NCBI GenBank assembly: GCA_018064885.1
Contig: JAGHUI010000049.1
Location: 7,694-71,693 of the forward strand
Direction of reading: 5' to 3'
DNA from: Candidatus Minthosoma equi
Lineage (GTDB): Bacteria; Bacteroidota; Bacteroidia; Bacteroidales; Bacteroidaceae
Length of the DNA: 64,000 bases
Shown: positions 1-9,370 of the stretch, in pieces
How positions within the stretch are numbered: position 1 is the first letter of the stretch
Layout: every line of letters starts with the position of its first letter
Made by a program: the position numbers and the translations under genes
Notes under the pieces: generated by a model
Seen by the model: only the letters and a program-made list of their open reading frames with translations
Databases searched by the model: none
Told to the model about the DNA's origin: nothing

Positions 1-1023
1 ACAAAAGCACCTGCTGTTATGGTTGTTGGAGGCTTGTTTGATGCAGAAGATTGCTATGGAGCGTTTGCAACATATAAACAAATAAAAAAAGATGCTTCAA
101 AATCAGATGTTTATCTTGTAGAAGGCCCTTGGTCACATGGAGCATGGAGCACAAATGCGTGTCCTTTCTTTGGCAATGTGTATTTTGGAGAAGAACAAGC
201 AGCGCAATATTTTGTTAATAATATCGAAGTGCCATTCTTCGAATACTACTTGAACGGAAAAGGTGAGAAGCCATCTGCAAAGGCAAGAGTTTATGATTCA
301 GGTAAATGCAGCTGGGATTATTACTCTGAAGGATGGCCTTATAAGACAGCTTCTAAAGCTTATTATTTGACAGAAGACGGTCTTTTGGATGGCGAAGTGA
401 AGAAAAAACTGCAACCACTTCAGTATATCAGCGATCCTGCTCGTCCTGTGCCATTTACCATGCAGCCTGTCACTCATCGACCAACAACTTATATGCTCGA
501 AGATCAGCGATTTGCGTCTGCTCGTCCTGATGTACTTGTATTCAATGGTCCTGTGCTTGTAGATTCCTTGCAGCTTGCAGGTGAGGTTGAAGTGGATTTG
601 AATGTTGATATTTCTGGAACTGATGCAGATTTCATTGTGAAGATTATTGATGTGTTCCCTGATGATTTCCAGTATCCAGATAGTTTATACTCAAAAAACA
701 GAATGAGCTCATACAATATGAGCGGTTATCAGATGCTTGTCCGTGGTGATGTTATGCGAGGAAAATATCGCAACAGTTTCAGCGCGCCAGAACCTTTCGT
801 TCCTGGAAAGCCAACGAGAGTGAAATTCCGTATGCCGGATGTTGCTCATACATTCCTTCCTGGCCACAGAATGATGATTCAAGTGCAGAGCACATGGTTC
901 CCGCTTGTTGACCGCAATCCTCAGAAGTTCTGTAATATATACGAGTGTGAAGATACTGATTTCCAAAAAGCAACAATAACTATTTATCCAGATAGCAAAA
1001 TACTTTTGCCAGTGGTAGAATAA
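1..1023 (+). CDS. CocE/NonD-family hydrolase (X-Pro dipeptidyl-peptidase-like), C-terminal part; 5' end lies outside the window
   Basis: The reading frame is open back to nt 1. The sequence (..MLVRGDVMRGKYRNSF..MIQVQSTWFPLVDRNPQ..) resembles the PepX_C/CocE C-terminal beta-sandwich domain. Confidence 0.7.
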   Translation, partial: TKAPAVMVVGGLFDAEDCYGAFATYKQIKKDASKSDVYLVEGPWSHGAWSTNACPFFGNVYFGEEQAAQYFVNNIEVPFFEYYLNGKGEKPSAKARVYDSGKCSWDYYSEGWPYKTASKAYYLTEDGLLDGEVKKKLQPLQYISDPARPVPFTMQPVTHRPTTYMLEDQRFASARPDVLVFNGPVLVDSLQLAGEVEVDLNVDISGTDADFIVKIIDVFPDDFQYPDSLYSKNRMSSYNMSGYQMLVRGDVMRGKYRNSFSAPEPFVPGKPTRVKFRMPDVAHTFLPGHRMMIQVQSTWFPLVDRNPQKFCNIYECEDTDFQKATITIYPDSKILLPVVE

Positions 1024-1037
1024 GAACAAAATAGAAC

Positions 1038-2423
1038 ATGAAAATTACATCAGAAAAGAACGTCTTTGCTTCAAAAATAGGAGCAATCTTAGCAGCAGCA
1101 GGAAGTGCTGTAGGCCTAGGAAATGTGTGGAGATTTCCAACAGAAACAGGTGCCAATGGAGGTGCAGCTTTCATTCTTATTTATGTGTTTTTCATGATTC
1201 TATTTGCCATGCCTATCATGGTGACGGAGTTTGTCATTGGTCGTCATGGACAGAGTTCCGTTAGTGATGCGTTCGTGAAAATGAGCGGCGGCAAGAAATC
1301 ATGGCGCATTATGGGATTGCTTCCTGTCATGGCAGGCTTTCTGGTGCTCAGCTACTATGCCGTTGTTGCAGGATGGACTTTGGATTACGCATTTGAAGCT
1401 GTCATTAATGGTTTTGCGGGAAAAACGGCAGAACAATATACTGCAGATTTCGTTTCTTTCTCTACCGATTCTGTCAAACCTGTAATATGGACATTGACTA
1501 TCATTGCCATGACTTGTGCTGTTGTTGCTCTCGGCGTGCAGAAGGGTATAGAGAAAGCGGCAAAAGTGATGATGCCTCTCTTGTTCGTCTTTATTGGTGT
1601 GCTGGTGGTTTGCTCCCTCACGCTCCCTAATGCAAGCAAAGGTCTTCAGTTCCTATTCCAGCCAGATTTCTCCAAGGTGAACAGCTCCGTTATCCTAAGC
1701 GCTATGGGACAGGCATTCTTCTCTCTTAGCGTAGGAATAGGATGTCTTTGCACATACGCATGCTACTTTCGCAAAGATGTTGACCTTATGAAAGATGGAC
1801 TTCGCGTTGCTGGAATTGACACGCTTGTGGCTATATTCAGCGGCATGATAATCTTCCCTGCTGTTTATTCTATTCCAGGTCTTCTGCCAGATGCAGGGCC
1901 TTCACTTGTGTTTATCACATTGCCAAATGTTTTCCAGCAAGTGTTTGGGGAAATGCCTGTTCTTGCATACTTGTTCTCGTTGTTCTTCTACCTCCTCCTC
2001 ATTATGGCAGCATTGACCAGCAGTATCTCCATGCTAGAAATGGTTGCAGCATATTTCCATGTGGAACATGCCATTCCACGTCCATTGGCAGCATTGATGG
2101 TGAGTGCCGTGTGTATGGTGCTGGGTGCTTTCTGCTCGCTCTCCTTTGGGGAATGGAAAGACGTGACGCTGTTTGGCATGGGTTTCTTCGATCTGTTTGA
2201 TTTCCTTGTTGCCAAGTTCTTCATGCCAATAGGTGGATTCATAATGTGTGTGTTTGTCGGATGGATTGTTGATGAAAAAGTTCTTCGTGCCGAGATGACA
2301 AACAATGGAACGATAAAGAGTCCTCTCTATCCAACTTACCGTTTTATAGTTCGTTACATTGCTCCTATAGGTATCTTGCTTATCTTCGCAAACGAACTCG
2401 GATTGTTCACTTGGATGGAATAA
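1038..2423 (+). CDS. sodium-dependent transporter, SNF/NSS (neurotransmitter:sodium symporter) family
   Basis: 461 aa and polytopic. The N-terminal GSAVGLGNVWRFP motif is diagnostic of NSS transporters. Confidence 0.9.
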   Translation: MKITSEKNVFASKIGAILAAAGSAVGLGNVWRFPTETGANGGAAFILIYVFFMILFAMPIMVTEFVIGRHGQSSVSDAFVKMSGGKKSWRIMGLLPVMAGFLVLSYYAVVAGWTLDYAFEAVINGFAGKTAEQYTADFVSFSTDSVKPVIWTLTIIAMTCAVVALGVQKGIEKAAKVMMPLLFVFIGVLVVCSLTLPNASKGLQFLFQPDFSKVNSSVILSAMGQAFFSLSVGIGCLCTYACYFRKDVDLMKDGLRVAGIDTLVAIFSGMIIFPAVYSIPGLLPDAGPSLVFITLPNVFQQVFGEMPVLAYLFSLFFYLLLIMAALTSSISMLEMVAAYFHVEHAIPRPLAALMVSAVCMVLGAFCSLSFGEWKDVTLFGMGFFDLFDFLVAKFFMPIGGFIMCVFVGWIVDEKVLRAEMTNNGTIKSPLYPTYRFIVRYIAPIGILLIFANELGLFTWME

Positions 2424-2462
2424 TAAATCTTGTAAAAAGATAAGCGTTAATATCTTGTAAAC

Positions 2463-2504
2463 AAAAACGCCTTCGGCAGACAATCATCTGCTGAAGGCGT
2501 TTTT
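2463..2504. terminator. bidirectional rho-independent terminator between convergent genes
   Basis: Arms aaaaacgccttcggcaga / tctgctgaaggcgttttt form an 18-bp stem with one G-T pair and a 6-nt loop. The stem is flanked by an A-run and a T-run. Confidence 0.8.
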
Positions 2505-2527
2505 GTTGTTTGTGAAAATCTCATGAA

Positions 2528-3253
2528 TTACTCATAATATTCAATCTCACGAACTTGAACTTGGAAGAAAGTGTAATCCTCTGTGAATTTGTTTGATCCG
2601 TCATCATCACCCATCTTTTGGTGAAATCTTATCAAACGGCGTGTCCAGTTGTTATGAGAGTCAGTTTCCGTGATGGTGTATAGTATGTCTGTGTGGAAAA
2701 TGCTGCCTTCCCCCGCTGATTCTTCAACAGCAGAAGCAAGGTTCTTGTTTTCGTCGTAAGTGTATCCGGTAGTAGATGTGCTTTCTATGCCTTCGCTTTC
2801 GAGAGTTTTCACCATGCCAAATTTGTCATACTCATAAACATTTGATATGTTGCTGTCAAATTCGCTGATGTACCATGATACTTTTACAATCTGTCCATCA
2901 GAATTGCGCTTAATCTTTGGATCCTGTAAACGCCAGACGATTTCCTTTGTCATGTCCAATTCTCCGTCGCTCTTGAAATAGTAGCGGTCAGGCTCTCCAA
3001 AGTCGTCGTCCTTGACATTGCCGTCTTCGTCAGCATCGTAATACGTTTTGAGCGTCATGCTCTTAACCTTGCCAAAGAGTTCAAATAACTTAGCATCAGA
3101 ATGCGCGAAGTTGAAATTGTCATCACTTTCAACACCAGTTTCAGCATTTTGTGCCAAGGAATCATTTTCTGCTTCATTTGATTTGCTGCCAGATGACTGA
3201 TTGCAAGAGCAAAGCAAGAGAACAGCAAAAAGTGATAGTGCAACCTTTTTCAT
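2528..3253 (-). CDS. hypothetical lipoprotein
   Basis: 241 aa with a signal peptide and lipobox (AVLLLCSC). No domain recognised. Confidence 0.7.
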   Translation of the reverse strand: MKKVALSLFAVLLLCSCNQSSGSKSNEAENDSLAQNAETGVESDDNFNFAHSDAKLFELFGKVKSMTLKTYYDADEDGNVKDDDFGEPDRYYFKSDGELDMTKEIVWRLQDPKIKRNSDGQIVKVSWYISEFDSNISNVYEYDKFGMVKTLESEGIESTSTTGYTYDENKNLASAVEESAGEGSIFHTDILYTITETDSHNNWTRRLIRFHQKMGDDDGSNKFTEDYTFFQVQVREIEYYE

Positions 3254-3301
3254 GTAAATGATTTTTAGATGAATATTTTTAGTTTACTTCTTATTTTTGT
3301 G

Positions 3302-3309
3302 CAAATATA
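3302..3309 (-). promoter_or_regulatory. Bacteroidota -7 promoter box (TATATTTG on the minus strand)
   Basis: Matches TAnnTTTG about 49 nt upstream of the ATG at 3253. Confidence 0.45.
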
Positions 3310-3411
3310 AGCCGAAAAAATCATTAAAGCAAATAAAAGAGCAATTACCTTTATAATTTTGTTATCCGTTGTTCCGTATTTGTCGCGTCATTTACCTCGT
3401 GTTTGCCTATA

Positions 3412-3495
3412 TTTCAAACAATGAAACGTACATTTCAAACTTTGAAATGTACATTCCAAACAATGAAACGTACGTTTCAAACAATGAAATATAGA
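3412..3495. repeat. 4 x 21-bp tandem direct repeats (consensus TTTCAAACAATGAAACGTACA)
   Basis: Units at 3412-3432, 3433-3453, 3454-3474 and 3475-3495. Each contains TTTCA-N5-TGAAA. A perfect 14-bp palindrome GAAACGTACGTTTC lies at 3465-3478. Confidence 0.9.
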
Positions 3496-3710
3496 TGAAA
3501 TGCTCGTATTGCACACCGTAAATAGCAGTAAAAAGTCTTTGCTATAACATAACTGTTCATAGAAGTTAGAAACGATGATGTCATTTGTTGTGATGAAAAA
3601 TTACGAATTTTCGAATATTCTTCTTTATCTTAATGCGTAATAGATGGTCAAAATGCGAAATTTTATTAAAAATCCTTCTAATAATTGTAATACCAAATAA
3701 ATAAAATGTG

Positions 3711-3718
3711 TATCTTTG
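3711..3718 (+). promoter_or_regulatory. Bacteroidota -7 promoter box TATCTTTG
   Basis: Matches TAnnTTTG about 55 nt upstream of the ATG at 3774. Confidence 0.45.
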
Positions 3719-3773
3719 TTCTCACAAATAATTATGTTTGAAACCTTTTTTAACTTATTTCGGGTATATCAGT

Positions 3774-5600
3774 ATGGAATATAATAAAATTTCATCTATT
3801 AATTTCTTTTCTCTTATCCTTGCATTTGTATTTGTAGGATGCGAAAGTTATGACAATGGATATTCTGAGAATTTTATCAAATACGAGAATACATTTGAGA
3901 ATTTGTACGGTAAAATCAATTCAGAGCAGACATGGGGATTCTCCGATATGCCAGTTGCAAATTATGTTGGCGGAACTCGAGTGTCTTGTCCGAATAGTAA
4001 TGAATGGTCTAATTATGTGGTCGTTCCAGAGGAAATTACTGAAGAAGAAAGTGAATACATGAGATATTATTTTTCCAATCAGATTAATCCCACATCCAAT
4101 TGTACCATAGATTATTCTAGTTTCTTTGTACAGCAGGTATCAGGAGGCAATAATGCGATGAATTATCTTGAGGTGAAATTAAATGACGATGTTTGGGAAC
4201 ATGTATATAATTTTAATTCCAGCAGTGGCAGTATAATGCTGATGCAGAACTCAGGTACAGAATCTTTTAGATACCACAATTCTACAGATAATCAGAATTA
4301 TGAGAATTATGTGATAAAGTATCTAGAATTTGAAACTGGTGGAAATTCATATTCAGGCTTTTATTTGGGTTTTGATTATCAAGATGGAAATACGGAACCG
4401 GATGGCTGTTACAATGACTGGATTGTAAAGATAACTCCGGCAGAATGTCTTGCTCCACAGGGGAGAGCTTATGATTTAAGACATGATGATCATACTCGTC
4501 GTATTATGTGTGAGGACTTGGGTGCAGTTGGAGTGAAGGATCTTGACTTTAACGACCTTGTTTTTGATGTTTATTACGATCAAGTAGCAGAAGGTAACTA
4601 TACTGCTCATATTACAATTCTTGCAGCAGGTGGTACAGTTCCTGTCTATATTGGATACGGAAATAAAATGGTGAATGTTCACGAACTGTTCGGTGTTCCT
4701 GATAGCCAGCCAATTAATGTTGAACTTAGAGGCGATAATTGTTATGGTACGCGTTCTGTTATTCTTGAAAATATTCCAAATACAAATCCATATACAATAG
4801 ATATTCTTGTTGGAAATAAAGGTACAGCTGCCAATGTTTACTTGCAATCAGAAAAGGGTAGTGTGCCTCAAAAGATATGCGTACCTTCGTCAACATTATG
4901 GACTAAAGAAGGACAGAATATTAGTTGGGCGTATTCTCTGTTTGAAAGCTGGGTTGGCTCATCAAATCCGAATGATTATTCATGGACAGATAACGTTTAT
5001 GATAATTACCTATACGATGGATTTAATGTTACAATAGATAATAGTGGCGTAGAGGAAATTGTGCCCCCAAGTGAAACAGAAAACGTTGAAGAAAAACAAG
5101 ATCCAGAATATGTAACCGATAATATAGTGATTAATCAAGATGATCCATATTCTGTTCTTTTTGGACGAAAATTAAAGTTGGAAGTGGTTAATACACATTT
5201 TGCGCCTTGTGGTATTACTTATGCTTTAAGTGGCAGTTCAATTCCATCTGTAGGTAATAACGGCAATTACAAGATAACGTATGTTGTCGAAATTGCAAAT
5301 CCTTACGATTCAAATAGTAATTATGTTGGAGATAATATAAAAGGTGCATCTATTGCCATGATGAATTGGGTTACAACTGACTGGAGCCGATATGAGCCTA
5401 TAAACATTGGTACTTCTACTACTTCAAGTACATTGTATGAGGTTAATGGTAAAAAGTATGCAGTCGTTCAAATGGATATACATTTAGGAAAGTATCAAAA
5501 TAAGACACAATCAGGTACAAAATACAATTTTGATTATATATTCTTACAGGCTGACCATATCAATGGGCAGGTTGTTGGAGCTTATATAAATAGAATGTGA
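3774..5600 (+). CDS. LruC/DUF4842-like surface lipoprotein (hypothetical)
   Basis: The tracked ORF starts at a TTG at 3738, but the ATG at 3774 gives signal peptide plus lipobox (LAFVFVGC). The motif EDLGAVGVKDLDFNDLVFDV resembles the D-x-DFND-LV signature of LruC-domain proteins. The gene looks AT-rich by eye. Confidence 0.5.
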   Translation: MEYNKISSINFFSLILAFVFVGCESYDNGYSENFIKYENTFENLYGKINSEQTWGFSDMPVANYVGGTRVSCPNSNEWSNYVVVPEEITEEESEYMRYYFSNQINPTSNCTIDYSSFFVQQVSGGNNAMNYLEVKLNDDVWEHVYNFNSSSGSIMLMQNSGTESFRYHNSTDNQNYENYVIKYLEFETGGNSYSGFYLGFDYQDGNTEPDGCYNDWIVKITPAECLAPQGRAYDLRHDDHTRRIMCEDLGAVGVKDLDFNDLVFDVYYDQVAEGNYTAHITILAAGGTVPVYIGYGNKMVNVHELFGVPDSQPINVELRGDNCYGTRSVILENIPNTNPYTIDILVGNKGTAANVYLQSEKGSVPQKICVPSSTLWTKEGQNISWAYSLFESWVGSSNPNDYSWTDNVYDNYLYDGFNVTIDNSGVEEIVPPSETENVEEKQDPEYVTDNIVINQDDPYSVLFGRKLKLEVVNTHFAPCGITYALSGSSIPSVGNNGNYKITYVVEIANPYDSNSNYVGDNIKGASIAMMNWVTTDWSRYEPINIGTSTTSSTLYEVNGKKYAVVQMDIHLGKYQNKTQSGTKYNFDYIFLQADHINGQVVGAYINRM

Positions 5601-5679
5601 ATAGTAGCAATATGAAAGATATACATCTTGCAGACTGCAATGATTATTACTAAGATATCACACTTGCTGACAATGAAAT

Positions 5680-5726
5680 AACCTCGAATGTTGGACAAAA
5701 CCAGCCTTCGAGGTTGTTGTTTTATT
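5680..5726 (+). terminator. putative terminator hairpin
   Basis: aacctcgaa (5680-5688) pairs with ttcgaggtt (5707-5715) and is followed by gttgttttatt. The loop is 18 nt, which is large for a terminator. Confidence 0.4.
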
Positions 5727-5787
5727 GTGTTTATATTAAAATGTGTAAAAAGTGAGGTTGAAAATTGGTGAAACGGTTAGAAAATCG

Positions 5788-5795
5788 TAACTTTG
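5788..5795 (+). promoter_or_regulatory. Bacteroidota -7 promoter box TAACTTTG
   Basis: 41 nt upstream of the tig ATG. Confidence 0.5.
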
Positions 5796-5835
5796 CAGTC
5801 GTTTTGCGTGAAAAATTAAATAAAAGGCTATAAAT

Positions 5836-7170
5836 ATGAATATTACAATTGAGAACATTGACAAGGTAAATGCAGTTATTACTGCTGTTGTCGAACCAGC
5901 TGACTATACAGACAAGTATAATAAGGCTTTGAAGGATGCAAAGAAGAAAATCAACATGCCAGGCTTCCGTCCTGGTATGGTACCAACAGGCTTGATCAAG
6001 AAGCAGTTTGGTGAGGGCATCCTTGCAGAGGAAGTTAACAAGATTCTTCAGGATGGTCTTTTCGGATATATCCGTGACAATAAGGTGAACATGCTCGGTG
6101 AGCCACTCCCAACAGAGGAGAACAACAGCGTTCGTCTTGTTGAAGGCGAGAGCTTCACTTTCAAGTTTGAGCTTGCTATCGCTCCTGAGTTCAACGCTGA
6201 GCTTGGCAAGGACGATAAGGTTAACTACTACAACGTAGAGGTTTCTGACGATATGGTTAACAATCAAGTTAACATGTACCGTCAGCGCGGTGGCAACTAT
6301 CAGCAGGTTGAGTCTTACGAGGATAACGACATGGTCAAGGGTGTAATCACAGAGCTTGACGTTGAGAATCCTGTAAGCGCTGAGGGTGTTGTTATGCTTC
6401 CAAAGTATTTCAAGAACGACGATCAGAAGGCTCTCTTCGATGGCGCTAAGGCTAACGATGTTATCACTTTCAACCCATCTGTTGCTTACGACAACAACGA
6501 GGCTGAGCTCACTTCTCTCCTCAAGGTTGCTAAGGAAGATGCTCTCAACCACAAGGGTGAGTTCAACTTCCAAATCACAGAGATCACTCGTTTCGTAGAA
6601 GGTCCACTCGATCAGGAACTCTTCGATCAGGTGTTCCCTGGCGGTGAGGTTAAGAGCGAAGATGATTTCCGTGCAAAGGTTAAGGAACTTATTTCTAATC
6701 AGTTCGTTAAGGATAGCGATTACAAGTTCATCCTTGATGTTCGCAAGTATGTTACTGAGAAGATCGGTAAGCTTGAGTTCCCAGACGAGAAGCTCAAGAA
6801 GATTCTCCTTGCTAACAACGGTGGCGACCAGGCTAAGGTTGACGAGCAGTACGACAAGTCAATCGAGGAACTCACTTGGCACCTCATCAAAGAGCAGCTT
6901 GTTGAGAAGAATGAGATCAAGGTTGACGATTCTGACGTAAAGGAGATGGCTAAGGAAGTTACAAGAATGCAGTTCGCTCAGTACGGCATGCTTAACATTC
7001 CAGACGAGTATCTTGAGAATTCTGTTAAGGAAATGCTCAAGAAGCGTGAGACAATCGACAATCTTATTGATCGTTGCATCGAGGTTAAGCTTGGCGCTGC
7101 ACTCAAGGAGAAGGTTACTCTTGTTGAGAGCACAGTTTCTGCTGAAGAATTCAACAAGATGTTTGAATAA
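5836..7170 (+). CDS. tig: trigger factor
   Basis: 444 aa. The N-terminus carries the GFRPGMVP ribosome-binding signature. It sits directly upstream of clpP-clpX, the classic tig-clpP-clpX order. Confidence 0.93.
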   Translation: MNITIENIDKVNAVITAVVEPADYTDKYNKALKDAKKKINMPGFRPGMVPTGLIKKQFGEGILAEEVNKILQDGLFGYIRDNKVNMLGEPLPTEENNSVRLVEGESFTFKFELAIAPEFNAELGKDDKVNYYNVEVSDDMVNNQVNMYRQRGGNYQQVESYEDNDMVKGVITELDVENPVSAEGVVMLPKYFKNDDQKALFDGAKANDVITFNPSVAYDNNEAELTSLLKVAKEDALNHKGEFNFQITEITRFVEGPLDQELFDQVFPGGEVKSEDDFRAKVKELISNQFVKDSDYKFILDVRKYVTEKIGKLEFPDEKLKKILLANNGGDQAKVDEQYDKSIEELTWHLIKEQLVEKNEIKVDDSDVKEMAKEVTRMQFAQYGMLNIPDEYLENSVKEMLKKRETIDNLIDRCIEVKLGAALKEKVTLVESTVSAEEFNKMFE

Positions 7171-7236
7171 TTCGTTTATATCACATAATTTTGAAAAAAA
7201 TAGTGGCAAGAATTTTGTTCTTGTCACTTTTTTTTA

Positions 7237-7244
7237 TAACTTTG
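7237..7244 (+). promoter_or_regulatory. Bacteroidota -7 promoter box TAACTTTG
   Basis: 42 nt upstream of the clpP ATG. Confidence 0.45.
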
Positions 7245-7285
7245 TGTATAAAAGAGTAACTAATAACTGAATAATATAAGAATTT

Positions 7286-7954
7286 ATGATGAACGATTTT
7301 CAGAAATATGCCACTAAGCATTTGGGAATGAACAGTATGGTGCTTGATGATGTGATCAAGGCGCAGGCTGGATACCTCAATCCTTATATTTTGGAAGAAC
7401 GTCAGTTGAATGTAACTCAGCTTGATGTTTTCTCTCGTTTGATGATGGACAGAATCATTTTCCTCGGCACAGAGGTTAACGATTATACTGCTAATGTGCT
7501 TCAGGCACAGATGCTCTATCTTGATAGCGTTGATAGTGGCAAGGACATCAGCATCTATATCAATTCTCCAGGTGGCAGCGTGTATGCAGGTCTTGGTATC
7601 TATGATACTATGCAGTTCATCAATAGCGATGTCCAGACAATCTGTACTGGCATGGCAGCAAGTATGGCTGCTGTGCTTCTTGTGGCAGGTAAGGAAGGCA
7701 AGCGTTCTGCTCTCCCTCACAGTCGTATAATGATTCATCAGCCAATGGGTGGTGCTCAGGGCCAGGCAAGCGATATTGAGATTACTGCTCGTGAGATACA
7801 GAAGTTGAAGAAGGAGCTCTATACAATCATCAGCGATCATAGCCACCAGCCTTTCGATAAGGTATGGGCTGATTCTGACCGTGACTACTGGATGACGGCT
7901 GATGAGGCTAAGGAGTATGGCATGATTGATGAGGTTCTTCTTAGAAAGAATTGA
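7286..7954 (+). CDS. clpP: ATP-dependent Clp protease proteolytic subunit
   Basis: 222 aa with motifs IYINSPGGSV, GMAASMAA and IMIHQP. Confidence 0.96.
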   Translation: MMNDFQKYATKHLGMNSMVLDDVIKAQAGYLNPYILEERQLNVTQLDVFSRLMMDRIIFLGTEVNDYTANVLQAQMLYLDSVDSGKDISIYINSPGGSVYAGLGIYDTMQFINSDVQTICTGMAASMAAVLLVAGKEGKRSALPHSRIMIHQPMGGAQGQASDIEITAREIQKLKKELYTIISDHSHQPFDKVWADSDRDYWMTADEAKEYGMIDEVLLRKN

Positions 7955-8009
7955 TAGGCGTTCCAGAATGATGTTTACACATTATTTATATATATAGAAG
8001 AAAGATATT

Positions 8010-9245
8010 GTGGTAAAGATAAGAAAATGCTCCTTTTGCGGAAGAAAAGAGAGTGAAGTAAGATTGCTCATTACGGGTATTGATGGTTTTATCTGTGATG
8101 AGTGTACAGCCCAGGCGAAGGAGATTGTGCAAGAGCATTTGCTGAGCAATGTTAAAAAGCCTGCAGGATTGAAGAAGTTACCTAAGCCAAAGGAGATTAA
8201 AGAATATTTGGATAGGTACGTCATAGGTCAGGATGCTGCAAAAGTCGCTCTTTCTGTTGCTGTGTATAATCATTACAAGCGACTTAACCAGAAGGTGGAA
8301 GATGATGATGTCGAAATCGAAAAGTCTAATATCATCATGGTGGGCAGCACAGGTACTGGTAAGACTCTCCTTGCCCGCACCATTGCTAAGTTGCTTCTTG
8401 TGCCTTTCACTATTGTTGATGCTACCGTTCTAACAGAGGCTGGTTATGTGGGCGAGGATGTGGAAAGCTTGCTCTCTCGTCTTTTGCAGGCTGCCGATGG
8501 CGATGTAGAACTGGCTCAGAGAGGTATTGTGTTCATTGATGAGATTGATAAGATTGCTCGTAAGGGCGACAATCCAAGTATCACTCGTGACGTCAGCGGT
8601 GAAGGTGTTCAGCAAGGACTCCTCAAACTGCTTGAGGGTAGCGTAGTGAATGTTCCTCCTCAGGGCGGACGCAAGCATCCGGAGCAGAAGTTCATTCAGG
8701 TTGACACAAAGAACATTCTTTTTATCTGCGGCGGTGCGTTTGATGGCATTGAGAAGAAGATTGCACAGAGACTGAACACTCATGTGGTTGGTTTTGATGC
8801 GGCAAAGAATGTGACAAAGATTGATAAGTCTAATATGATGCAGTATATTGCTCCTATGGACTTGAAGTCTTTTGGATTGATTCCTGAGATTATCGGCCGT
8901 CTTCCAATTCTCACTCATTTGGAACCTCTTGACAGGAATGCTTTGCGCTCTATTCTTACAGAGCCAAAGAACTCCATCATTAAGCAATATTACAAGATGT
9001 TTGCAATTGATGGCGTTACTCTTACATTCGAAGATGAGGTATTTGACTACATCGTTGACAAGGCTATTGAATTCAAACTTGGTGCTCGCGGACTCCGTTC
9101 TCTGATAGAAACAGTCATGATGGAACCTATGTTTGAAGTGCCTTCTACTGGCGTGAAAGAGTATACAGTCACCTTGGCTTACGCAAAGGAAAAAGTTGAG
9201 AATGCAAATATGGCTGTTGTCAAAGAAAGTACCGAGGATAAGTGA
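8010..9245 (+). CDS. clpX: ATP-dependent Clp protease ATP-binding subunit ClpX
   Basis: GTG start. It has an N-terminal zinc finger (CSFCG..CDEC), a Walker A motif (GSTGTGKT) and IVFIDEIDK. Confidence 0.96.
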   Translation: MVKIRKCSFCGRKESEVRLLITGIDGFICDECTAQAKEIVQEHLLSNVKKPAGLKKLPKPKEIKEYLDRYVIGQDAAKVALSVAVYNHYKRLNQKVEDDDVEIEKSNIIMVGSTGTGKTLLARTIAKLLLVPFTIVDATVLTEAGYVGEDVESLLSRLLQAADGDVELAQRGIVFIDEIDKIARKGDNPSITRDVSGEGVQQGLLKLLEGSVVNVPPQGGRKHPEQKFIQVDTKNILFICGGAFDGIEKKIAQRLNTHVVGFDAAKNVTKIDKSNMMQYIAPMDLKSFGLIPEIIGRLPILTHLEPLDRNALRSILTEPKNSIIKQYYKMFAIDGVTLTFEDEVFDYIVDKAIEFKLGARGLRSLIETVMMEPMFEVPSTGVKEYTVTLAYAKEKVENANMAVVKESTEDK

Positions 9246-9314
9246 AAATAAACTTTTTTTCTTTGAAAAACTCATTTTTTTGTGTTTTTTCTTTGAATAA
9301 TTAAATAGGATTTA

Positions 9315-9322
9315 TAACTTTG
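9315..9322 (+). promoter_or_regulatory. Bacteroidota -7 promoter box TAACTTTG
   Basis: 49 nt upstream of the recQ ATG. Confidence 0.45.
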
Positions 9323-9370
9323 TTTCAACAAAACGTTTTTAACCTCACAACTATCTATACTTTACTATAA

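Noticed and set aside
5731-6573. 280-aa minus-strand ORF
   Set aside because: It lies entirely antisense to the confidently identified trigger factor gene. Its sequence is low-complexity and Leu/Val/Ser-rich. This is the typical antisense open frame that arises in codon-biased genes.
7181-7846. 221-aa minus-strand ORF
   Set aside because: It is antisense to clpP and shows no recognisable motifs, promoter or RBS context.
8430-9275. 281-aa minus-strand ORF
   Set aside because: It is antisense to clpX and looks like a compositional artefact.
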